NCBI GenBank assembly: GCA_964016885.1
Contig: OZ024740.1
Coordinates: forward strand, 256,494,001 to 256,558,000
DNA length: 64,000 bases
Reading direction: 5' to 3'
Source of the DNA: Eledone cirrhosa
Taxonomy: Eukaryota
This document shows positions 52,114 to 64,000 of the stretch, one piece after another. The position numbers and the translations under genes are program-made. A model generated the notes under the pieces. That model did not search any database and was not told the origin of the DNA. It saw only the letters and a list, made by a program, of their open reading frames with translations. Each line of letters begins with the position of its first letter. The stretch's first letter is position 1.

Positions 52114-52466
52114 TGCATACATACATATATATATATATATAAATGAAAATAGAGAAATTAATGTGAGCGAGAAGCCAACAGTATATCATAATATATAAGT
52201 GAATATAACGTCAAGATGGAAAATATTTAACGTAAGATATGTTAAAATAATTCAAACTTTATTTTTTTAAAAATCAAGACAAAAATTTTATTCACAGATT
52301 TTGTGAAATCCAGGGAAGAAACCAATCGAGTCTTAACTCAGAATAAAATTAAGGTTAAATACTCATCCTTCAATTTGGAAAAACTACAAATGCTCTCTAT
52401 AGTCTTAAAAAGACTATTTCACGAAACTTTTTAGTGGGATTAGTCACGGTTGGAATAGAATATATA

Positions 52467-52788
52467 TATTAATTCAAAATATTAACAAAAATAGACATTC
52501 GTGTGATCAAGTATATTTTATTATACATATTTCATGACTGAATCTTAACCATCTACTAAGTGAGGCTATGTCATGCATCATCTTATTTTATCTGATGAGG
52601 ACGGACTGTTGAAGATAGCTCAGTACCTCTGAAATATGTATAATAAAATATACTTGATCACACGAATGTCTATTTTTGTTAATATTTTGAATTAATATTA
52701 ATAACTCCGGAAAACCATTACTGTTGAGTGCTTCCAATCTATTGTAAAACTCATTCTTTGATTTATTCATTGAACCTTGTTTAACCTT

Positions 52789-52792
<4 letters not shown>
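52467..52792. mobile_element. PLE pLTR fragment with short inverted copy; hammerhead at 52584-52650(+)
   Basis: TATTTTAT-CTGATGA-GGAC...CTCT-GAAA-TATGTA-TA-ATAAAATA; 52467-52534 mirrors 52630-52698; related to 17755-17960. Confidence 0.75.
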
Positions 52793-52830
<38 letters not shown>

Positions 52831-52848
52831 TCTATATCTCTCTCTCTC

Positions 52849-52930
<82 letters not shown>

Positions 52931-53111
52931 AATCTTAGACGGGATATACATATATATATATATACATATATGTATATACACACGTATATATCTCTATCTA
53001 TATACACATATATATATATAACCAAAGATTAATATGGTTCATTGATTACTCAATGAATATAGTTTTACAATAGATTAAAAGCACTTCACGGGGTAGTTCC
53101 TGGAGTTTTTA

Positions 53112-53719
<608 letters not shown>

Positions 53720-54085
53720 TATATATATACATACATATATATATATGATGGCTGCCCCCTCGTTATCGAGTATGGTCGTTGCACGAAAAAACAGAAAAAA
53801 CATAATAACGTCAATAATAATAATAATAATAATAAAAATACACACACACATACATATCTATACATACACACGCACACACAGACACACAAACACACAAACA
53901 ATAACAATTAACGGTACTGCGATCGAATGTGCCCAGCCAATGATCTAAAATGTCTTGCACAGAGTTGGCACCCAAAACATTGACTGGGAATAGCCGGCTG
54001 TGGTTGGAGTTCATGTACATTTGCATGTCACTTGAGCCCTCCTGCTGATTCACACTCTCTACCACATACTTATACATACATATAT

Positions 54086-54143
<58 letters not shown>

Positions 54144-54173
54144 GTTATTCCGGGTTGAATCGAAGGTAACCAC

Positions 54174-54274
54174 AGTAAGTAAGGTACTCAATGCATAGCA
54201 GAGTATAAAAGTTTTTGAATCTCATCTATATTAAAACTTTTATACTCTGCTATGTATTGAGTACCTTACTTACT
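54174..54274. repeat. Short palindrome made of the 3' tail of the 1716-1812 family
   Basis: AATCTCATCTATATTAAAACTTTTATACTCTGC...GAGTACCTTA is shared with 1763-1812; ~41-bp inverted arms. Confidence 0.8.
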
Positions 54275-54396
54275 ATACATATATATATTATACATATATA
54301 CACACACACACATACACATATATATATACACACACACATACATATATATAAATACACACACACACACACACATAAATACACACACACACACACGCA

Positions 54397-54445
<49 letters not shown>

Positions 54446-55329
54446 TGGAGGTTGTGTGCGTGTAAAATTCTCTAAACGTATATATATGCAAAATGCAAAA
54501 AAGTACATTTACAAGGATATGACTCACCCAAACAAATCCATATACACCTAAACCCAACCATCCCATCCACCAACAGACCTGTGCCACTCTCAGTACACAT
54601 CTGAGGTCACGATTTCTATACGGCAAAACGTACAGAAAATACCGTCAAACTGGCTAGCGTCTAAAAAAAAATCGTTTTTGATTCAGTTTGACACGGCTTT
54701 CCTACAGATGTTAGTGATTGCTCGCTTCAGTAAAAGCTTCTTTATGTCCAGCACAATGGTCAAATGGACAGACTGTGGAGCGTCAATTAATAAAACTTTT
54801 AAACAGCCCTCATTAATGTTGCCTTTTATATGTTATGCTGAGGTGAAATGTACTGAGAAGTTATATTTTAAAAACTAACCCACCCCACCCATATAATGCG
54901 CACCACCTACCACCTACCACCTACCACTTTAATCTCCTACCTACTAGATCCTTGACCCTAGACACGATACATGCTGTCTACTTTAGTAGCACTTGATTAG
55001 ACATAATCATTTTCTACAAAGACATACACTAGTTGGTCTCTTTTGTATGAGATTTACACGCCGTTTTTACTCTTTTCACAGACATTTCGAAATCGAATTA
55101 ATACCTTTGCCATTTTGAAGATGAAACACACTTCAGGCATATATGTAGAGTCTGTTATTCTCCCCCCTCCCTCCTTTCTTCCGTCTGTTGCCTACTACCC
55201 CCTGTTCTTTCCTTCTTTTCCCTCTCATTTATGGCACTACAAGTTTCAGGCTTTTCTCTCAACTTAAATTAACATTTATTGGACATATGTATATATATAT
55301 TTCAGTGCAGAAGTAAATGATAAAGTAGA

Positions 55330-55980
55330 AAATCAAACTTTCCAGTTATTGTCTTCCTGTTTCTTCTACAACAACTACAACGGTACGCGATGGGGCCCAC
55401 CCACAGCCACGGTGGACAGAATGGAGAAGGCGTTTCCCCGGAGGACGGCAAGGGAGATGCGCTGGAAAAGCCACTCAAACTCGCGGGGCTCACACCTTCG
55501 GCTGGCCAGCTCAGCCCCTATGCTGGTAAGTAAGGAGGTAGCCCTGGAGCCGAGGACACCAGAAGTCTCCACTGCCAGGGGGCACGACCGCAAACCTGTC
55601 GGAGAGCGACGGGTATTTGAGGAGTTTGTCCCCCTCAGCCCGACGTGCAGCAGAACCTGGGTCAGTCGCAGACTGCACCAGGTTGTGGCTGCAGAAAGTG
55701 TCGGTGCAAGTGGCATCCCAGACGAGGGGTTTTCCACCGCAGAACGGGAAGATGGTCATGTCATCTGGCCTTTTGCCGTACCCTCGATCCAGCCCCACCG
55801 GCTCGAGCTGGGAAGGGAAGCCTGCAGCGTCTAAGCCATGCTTAATGACCTCGTTGAGGGCAGTATGGCATGGAATGCGGCCGGCACTGTGGCGACAGGA
55901 AAGCGGGTGGAGGCCGAAAGAGTCCACGGTGGAACCGCAGCGACATTGGAGGCCGAGCCCCAGGGAAACGCTGTTATAGG
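55330..55980 (-). mobile_element. CRE-clade non-LTR retrotransposon 3' fragment (zinc knuckle + REL endonuclease)
   Basis: CGSTVDSFGLHPLSC, KRPD, LVWDATC, AVETSG, FQRISLAVLRGNA. Confidence 0.85.
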
Positions 55981-56348
55981 CCTTCCATTTTCTTTTCTTT
56001 TTTTGTATGTTTAATCAACTATTAAGTTAATCAATTAATTACCATTCTGAAAGGAAAATTTCATTATCTGTGTCTTTGAATGTTGATCTTGCCATTCCAT
56101 ATAATTCAACTCATGTTGATTCCAACACAAACAACAGTGACACATTCTTACACTGAGACACACACACACATAATATATAACCAGGTATTTTTGACAGACG
56201 TGAGTAGATTATGAATATTCATTATGTTACTTTCGAGTTTCACCTGCACAATCACAGGGATCATATATATAAATATGATCATATATACGTCTATACACAG
56301 ACACACACCCTCTCTCTCCACACCTCCTTCTCTCTCCCCATCCCCCCC

Positions 56349-56416
<68 letters not shown>

Positions 56417-56585
56417 AGAATTTTATTGCTCGCTGTAGCATAGCAGATACCTAAATGTAAGCATGCATACGTACACGCACACACATACACACACGCACAC
56501 ACACATACACACACACACTCACATACACACACACTCACGCAGGCATACACACATAAACACACGCACACACACACATAAACACACG

Positions 56586-56663
<78 letters not shown>

Positions 56664-56714
56664 ATATATATATAAACACACACACACATATATACATATT
56701 TACGTATGGGTTAT

Positions 56715-56934
56715 AATGGTTTCTTATATAGGCACAAGGCCAGCAATTTTGGGGGAGGGGGAAAGTCGATTATATCGATGCCAGTGCGTGACTGTTACTT
56801 TATTTTATCGACCCCGTAAGAATGAAAGGTAAAGTTAACCTCGGCGGGATTGAACTCAGATCATAAAGGGCCGTAACTCGCTGCTGCAAAGCATAGCATC
56901 GTACCCTCTACCGATACTGCCAATCCACCGCCCT
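56715..56934 (-). mobile_element. SINE
   Basis: Reverse copy of the 1057/63024 family. Confidence 0.8.
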
Positions 56935-57034
56935 ATATCGAATATTCATAATGATATTCGATTCTTTTGCAAGCAAATGGCCCGACAAATCTATGCTGTG
57001 CCTTGGTGACAACTGTTTAACAGTGGCATCGAGG

Positions 57035-57079
57035 AACAATCAACAAGTTTCTGGGTCATTACCCTTCATCGGGACTGTT
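57035..57079 (-). ncRNA. Hammerhead-like motif (family C; CCGAUGA core variant)
   Basis: Minus: AACAGTC-CCGATGA-AGGGT(AATG)ACCCA-GAAA-CTTG-TT-GATTGTT. Confidence 0.5.
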
Positions 57080-57425
57080 TAGCTCTCTGCCACTCTGTTG
57101 AATAGTTGAAAATATATAGTATTTTCTGAACTGGTTAGCCTCATTTGTATACCCAGCGAGTTACGAAAATTAAAAATAAACTTAGCAGAGCAGATACATA
57201 AATGTAAGCATGCATACGTACCATATATATATATATTGTTTTATTTGGGGAGGGTCAAATTGTTGTAATAATATTGCCAGAAATAATAATAGAACACGCT
57301 CACTGTTTGGTTGGTTTTCGCTTCTGTGTCTTTTATATCCCCATAGTTAATTTATCTGGTAATCAATGTTTATCATTGATTGACCAACCGTTAAAAATAC
57401 AGATATAAATTTATATATATAGCCT

Positions 57426-57466
57426 ATCAAAGTTCTTTCGTCACACATCTGTGACATCATCAGTGG
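57426..57466 (-). ncRNA. Hammerhead-like motif (family B); second copy at ~57935-57975
   Basis: Minus: ACCA-CTGATGA-TGTCACA(GATG)TGTGAC-GAAA-GAAC-TT-TGAT; weak stem I. Confidence 0.5.
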
Positions 57467-57629
57467 TACTATTATGTTTCCTCCCGTTGTATTGTAATGG
57501 CTACGCCATTTTCTATTTTATTTATTTATTTAATTCTTGTTTTCTGTCTCTGCGCATGCGTTTGTGTGTGTGTTTCCTGTTTGGTGTGTTTATTTAAATA
57601 TATTTCCCTCAGGTCAGTATTGTTTGTTT

Positions 57630-57687
<58 letters not shown>

Positions 57688-57691
57688 ATAA

Positions 57692-57722
<31 letters not shown>

Positions 57723-57730
<8 letters not shown>

Positions 57731-58091
57731 ATATTTGGGGAGGGTCATGTTTGCGTAATATTGCCAGAATTAATAACAGAACACACTCACTGTTTGGTTG
57801 GTTTTCGCTTCTCGCTGTCTTTTATATATATATATCTGCGATCTAACTTACTCGGTCCTCAATGTTGCCATTGACTGACCGGCGGTCAAAAATAATACAG
57901 ATACAATATAGACAAACACATATATATATAGTTTACATAAATCTTTCGTTGCACATCTGCAACATCGTCAGTGGTGTTATATTCATTGTTCCTCCTGTTG
58001 TGTTGTATGTCTACGCCATTTTTTTTTGTTCAGTCTGTTATTAATTCTGGCAATATTACGCAAATATGACCCTCCCCAAATATAACAATAT
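57723..58091. repeat. Family B inverted repeat (~58-bp arms) between (TA)n tracts
   Basis: ATATTGTTATATTTGGGGAGGGTCAT...AACAGA mirrored at 58034-58091. Confidence 0.85.
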
Positions 58092-58145
58092 CGGTTTCGA
58101 CACACGATTTCATATAAAAAACCTCGCAAAACTAATTCATCGCCG

Positions 58146-58223
<78 letters not shown>

Positions 58224-58277
58224 ATATTAATAAAAGATGGGAAGCCATATTCAGTTGATTCAGATTTATTTAAAACT

Positions 58278-58335
58278 CCGTTATACATATTTCACTGAGG
58301 ACTATCTGTTATGATAGCCTGAGCTCTTCAGACGG
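58278..58335 (-). ncRNA. Type I hammerhead ribozyme
   Basis: Minus: CCGT-CTGAAGA-GCT...long stem II (GGCTATC/GATAGTC)...AGT-GAAA-TATGTA-TA-ACGG. Confidence 0.65.
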
Positions 58336-58426
58336 CCAAACCTAAAATATACATTGAAAGTTCCTAAGAAACCTTTAAATTTTGGAAAACATCCAATAAT
58401 TTCTCCGAAAAAAATTCTTTTCGTGA

Positions 58427-59860
58427 TACAAGGGGGAGGGCTGATTTGAAATGGACATAAAGGTCCCTGCTGGCGACCTTTCTGTAGAAGCTGGTGTTAA
58501 TGTCCCCTCCTTCCGTTACCCTGAACTGAAAGTCTAGGAGGGAGAGGGACCCAGTGTCATCGGGCTGTTCCATGCTGAAACTTATGTTAACGTCTATGCT
58601 GGAGAATGTTGTGCATATTTTGTCTGCTTCGTCACGAGATGATGTAAGGATGAGTATGTCATCGGCCTTCCCTTTGGTACCAAGTCCGGATACATAAGGA
58701 AGGAACTGACACGTATCCGGAATAAATGCAACACCACAGGAAACCGAGACACGCACACCACACACTTCTTGGAAGTGCTTAATCTAAACGGCTACCCGAC
58801 ATCCACCGTGAACCCCGTTAGAAATAGGAAACACCGCATCCGTAGCACGAGCTCCACCAATACCTGCTTCCGGAAGCTTCCACATTTCACTGATGACACA
58901 ACAAAAGTCATCCGCAGGGCCATCCGAAGAGAAGGACTAGACTTACAACTAGCCCACTCAGGGCTCTCACTATGTGGACAACTATCTCGGAGACAACCTA
59001 ATGAACACAACAGCCGCTGCACGCTGGCCAACTGCCCCATCGATAACACAGACATATGCCATCAACCTTACATCATGTGCAGAGTCCAGTGTGATAATTG
59101 CGACAACTTCTATATAGGTAGCACCACCAGACACCTACATATCAGGATTAATGAAGACATTAACACTAACGCTTCCTTATTCAAGAAACAGAGAAATGCA
59201 ATAACACCAGCAAAAGTCAAGATTGAAGCAAAAGAAAGAAACTTCGGCAATCTCAGAATTAAGGAAGCAAATCAATAATAGACTAGAACTAAGCACTCAA
59301 TATCAACATAGAAGGCTACTGGACTCTACATATAAGGGCACACATAGGCCCGCTTACGACCACATTATCCATCTGAGAGAAATCGTTTATATGCATTCAT
59401 GTGTTTACCCGATTCCGCCCATGCGTGTTTACGTATGTGCGTGCGTGCTTACACACGCACACATGTCTGCATGCACGTGTGTGTCAGCACGTATTAATAC
59501 ACATGCGTCTAAGCGGATTTAAGGGGAGACAATTCTGTGCCCCTTGACCTGTCCAGACCTTAATTTTAACAGAAATGAGGTTAGAAGAAAAAATAAATTA
59601 AATAAATGAATAAATAATAAAACCACTTCCGGTCAGCATGGTATAGCAAGCCTCATCGGACACTGGAATAGCTCCTTTTTTTCCTCGGAAGAAGAGATAT
59701 TAATCTCGAAATATCACGACATATGAAGAAATTAAGATAAGAAAACAAACCCTATTTCTTACGATTTGATTTATTTCTCCGTCGAAACCTGCATTGTCGT
59801 GGCTTTCAAATTTCGAATTCTTTATACCATATACAATGATTCAAGTAAACTATGAATTCC
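58427..59860 (+). mobile_element. PLE of a different clade (CCHH-type GIY-YIG) with inverted 5' segment
   Basis: 58427-58667(-): DDILIL...LSLLDF...FYRK...HFKSALP. 58688 onward(+): LNGYP...CDNCDNFYIGSTTRHLHIRINE. Decayed HHR near 59686. Confidence 0.8.
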
Positions 59861-62595
59861 TTCTTATATATGTATATATATACACACATATATATATATA
59901 CATATGTATGCATCAGTGACGTATTGCTGCTGGTGCGTGTAGGTGCAGCTGCCCCCCACCCCACCTCCCAAAATAATAAAGGTAAAAATACAATAATATA
60001 TATATATATATATTTATTTATATATTGTCGAAAACTTTGGTTTTGTCGGAAAAATTCTTAAATTTTCAAAACATTTTGTACTTTGATTATTTATTTTAAT
60101 TATCCAAACCGTAATAAAATATGTACAATACAATAATGAATAAATGTCTATGTGCGCGCGTACGTGCGTGTGTGTGTGTGCAAATATTGTATGTAATTAA
60201 TATTTAGATGTATTAATAAATCTAATAGTCCAATTAGGTGGAATGGCTGATGTAATAGGTATCTTCGGCTCTTCTCCGTGGCAATGCTTTCGCCATCTTG
60301 TCCATGGCACGTACTTCAGATGTACTTTATTGGATTAATACTTTATCGACCTCGGAAAGATCAAAGGCATATTTGACCTGTGCGGGAATTGAACTAGTAC
60401 CGCAAAGGGCCGGAATAAATATGGTAAAATATTCTATCCGACGTTCTAACAAGTCTGTTATTAGGACGGATCCCGAAGATAATTCAATGATAATCTTGAA
60501 AAATTATAATTTCATTTCAGTAGACCTTAACCTGTGGAGGCGTGTGGACTGGTCGTAACGGTGCTGGATCATAATGTCGTATATTCGATTTCAATATACT
60601 CAGCTGAAAATGAGTTCCAGCAATAGCTGGTGGTTTAATCCTCTGGACTGGTGTCCATTCCGGATTGGCGGGGTAGTCTTCTACTCTCAGTCTCTTTACG
60701 CTATGGAACCTGGAAAACGTGTACAAAATAATGGTTTCTAATTTAGGCACAATACCAGCAATTCTGTGGGGGACGGAAAAAGTCGAATAAATAAACCCTA
60801 GAACTTATCTTGTACGTATTTTATCGATCACAAAAAGATGAAAGAGCAAAGTTGACCTCCGCGAGATTTAAACTCTGAACTTTAAGAACCGTAACTAAAT
60901 GCCGCACTTATGAATCCCCCAATCCACTACACGATTCAATAAAAAGGAGAGGTTATTTTCACCGAACAAAGAAGAGAAGGAGAGAAAGAAAGAGAGAGAG
61001 AGGGGAGAAAGGACAGGTGAGTAGTAGCAAGAGGTTGTAATATCAATATAGAAAAGAGAAAAAGGGAGATGAGAATGTCATGAAGAGTAGAAAGAGATGC
61101 GAAAAGCAGGTAGAAATTAAATGAAGATGAGATGCGTACATACACATAAATATTCATAAATATTATATACATAGATATATGTGTGTGTGTGAGAGAGTGA
61201 GAGTGTGTGTGTGTGAGAGAGTGTGTGTGTGAGAGAGAGAGAGTGAGTGGGTGAGAGAGAGAGTGAGTGTGTGTGTGAGAGAAAGAGTGAGAGTGAGCAC
61301 GCGAGAAAGAGAGTGAGTGAGTTAGTGACACCTTTTTAAAGCTTAACTATGAAACTTGGAAATGTTTAAGAATATATTTTCTAAGATTTAAAAGAAAGAC
61401 CCCCCCCCTCTATTTAAATTGCACCTTTGGGTGTAACTATGTTTACCCTTTCATCACCATATTTCTAATGAAATATACTGCATATGTTTCATTCAATTTA
61501 GAAAATAATAAAATTTCGGAGGAATTTAGTAAAATAACTAACTCTTTCATTAGTAAGCTAACATTTTGTACATTATTTAACAAACATTTTACAATGAAAT
61601 TATGATGTAAATCTTTGATTTAAATATGAACTCTTTAAAATGGGTCTGTTTCACGTGGGATCATGTCAAAATAGTTAAGGAAAGTTCTTTCACCTCAATA
61701 TTGTGAAGTGGCTAGTCACTTGAACCACGAATAGGGTGCTTTGTAGTGATTCCGGCGCTCTGCGTTTTGAGTGCAAACCTCACCCAAGTCAATTTTGCTT
61801 TTTAATAAATAATGTGTCAACCCAATGCTGTGATCGATTTGTCTTCTATATCTATTTTAATTTTCTATATATTTTCCCTCTCTACCTTTTCTGAAAGAAA
61901 TCTGCTATGATTTGCCCTGGAGGCACCGCCAGGTTTGAATGCCTGAAACACTCCGTATTTCACGACAGTGCCCCTGCAACTCAATTAGGAATTCAGGAGG
62001 ATTTTATTATTATTTGATATAATCGTTGGAGCATTGCACATATTTGATTTTGTATTTGTTCCGAATTTATAGGGTCTAAATTCAAATATAGAAGAGGTTG
62101 ATTTTGCTTTTCATCCTTCCGTGGTTGATAAAATTAAGTACTAAGGTCAATCTAATCGACTTTCTCCTACAACAAGTTGCTAGTATTGTGCCTAAAGTAG
62201 AATCCATTAATACGAACCCTTTATAGAATGGGAAACGGCGTTCTCCACTACTTTAAATAAAACAAATCTAAAAATGTCTAATGTAATGACTTTTAATTTC
62301 TGAGCCAAAATATATATATGAGAAAGATTCATTAATGTTTTCAATTTTTCTATCTTCGGCTGAATTGCTGAAGCAATATCGCATTATTTAATATAAATTT
62401 TAAAATGTAATAAAATGGTCACCCACGTCTATTTCTTGTAGACACAGAGCCGCTCACGTCACTTTGATATCAGAACTCTCGGGTGGCAAATACATTAAAT
62501 GTGATGAAAAAAACCAAAAAAACAGGTTGAATCTAATATTTGTCTATATATTCGTCGTGCTTAATTTATTCTAATCCGTTGGCATAATAACCTGT

Positions 62596-62950
<355 letters not shown>

Positions 62951-63023
62951 ATAATACTCTGCTCCGTAGGAGCATAGAGTGCTCAACCGGCATACCGCCT
63001 ATGGAAGCATCTTAGCTAACATT

Positions 63024-63212
63024 GGTGGATTGGCAGTATCGGTAGAGGGTTGGGCGCCATGCTTTTAAGTATAGAGTTACCTCCCTTTATGATCTGAGTT
63101 CAAATCCCGCCGAGGTTAACTTTGCCTTTCATCCTTACGGGGTCGATAAAATAAAGTACCAGTAATGCACTGGTATAATTTCTGGCCTGCTGCCAAAAGT
63201 AGAAACAATTAT
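63024..63212 (+). mobile_element. SINE
   Basis: GGTGGATTGGCAG...GAGTTCAAATCCCGCCGAGG...AGTAGAAACAATT then (TA)n. Confidence 0.8.
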
Positions 63213-63376
63213 ATATATATATATATATGTCCCAATGACTTTTTTTAGCCGTTGTTCGCACCAACCTGAGGCATATGGCCCTTAAAGCGATGAAATGCCT
63301 GCGACGGTTGGAGGGTCACTGATGAAGGACCTACTTTTTCACACGCCCCACCATTTGCAACGGGCAGCCTATTATT

Positions 63377-63407
<31 letters not shown>

Positions 63408-63411
<4 letters not shown>

Positions 63412-63932
63412 AGAGTCAGGACCCCGACGGCTGAGCTCCGGCCGTTTCGACTTCTATATGCTTTTTAGACAACTGTTAGACCTGGCATACTCACTTTCAC
63501 TCTACAACTTTCCTTGATTCTCATATGCTGATTTTACCCCATTAGAGATAGCTGTAAAGAATTCTCTTTTAGCGCATGACCGGCCTGGCATCGAAAGGTC
63601 AGAATGTCATCTTACTCCCTTCCTTTTGTTCCACAGGCCGTTTCACCCCCCCCCCCATGCCCCCCCCCCCCCCCCCCCCCCGCCGCTATGAAGGAATTTA
63701 ACCATGTACATGACATATCAAAATCATTGATCACCCTCCGTGACAGACAAGAAAAACAACAATTTTTAGGATTGTTTGATATACTTCTACTGTGTTTTGA
63801 TTGCATGCCCATATATGGACTGTACTCCTTGATAAGTTCAGCTAAGTCCCTGCCGTCCTAATACTACTGGTTTAGTTCGGATCTAGCTGTCGAAACGGCC
63901 GGGGCTCAGCCGCTGGGGTCCTGACTCTTTTC
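63408..63932. repeat. ~44-bp inverted repeats flanking ~440 bp
   Basis: GAAAAGAGTCAGGACCCC...CCGTTTCGAC and GTCGAAACGG...GGGGTCCTGACTCTTTTC. Confidence 0.75.
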
Positions 63933-64000
63933 CTATTACCCACTCTACTATTCTAAGTATCGAGTACTCTGGTGCGTTATGGTCTACCTTGTTCCTTACC

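Noticed and set aside
57723-58091. MITE interpretation of the 58-bp inverted repeats
   Set aside because: The right arm continues beyond the repeat as family B sequence to ~58147, and the family is linked to a GIY-YIG fragment at 24134-24400, so a PLE-type inversion fits better.

Overview
This window is AT-rich, microsatellite-dense eukaryotic DNA with no recognisable host gene; its SINE and LINE content resembles octopus or another cephalopod (inference). It is mostly transposon debris: Penelope-like elements (PLEs; RT plus GIY-YIG), a Dong/R4 element, RTE and CR1-like LINEs, a CRE fragment, a Gypsy fragment, a complete but dead hAT/Charlie transposon, and many SINEs. The standout is a 17.8-kb array (33947-51728) of about 38 near-identical 467-bp units. 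Each unit carries a minimal type I hammerhead ribozyme (HHR) with a palindromic stem III. The array has two divergent blocks (8.7 units on minus, 29.4 units on plus) joined 5'-to-5', and both 3' ends sit on (TA)n. About 15 further HHR motifs occur in PLE ends and small palindromes, and wherever two arms can be compared they show the same outward-pointing polarity. I infer a PLE-driven retrozyme (circular RNA) system that integrates by priming from both ends of a break in (TA)n. All folds and protein family calls were made by eye.
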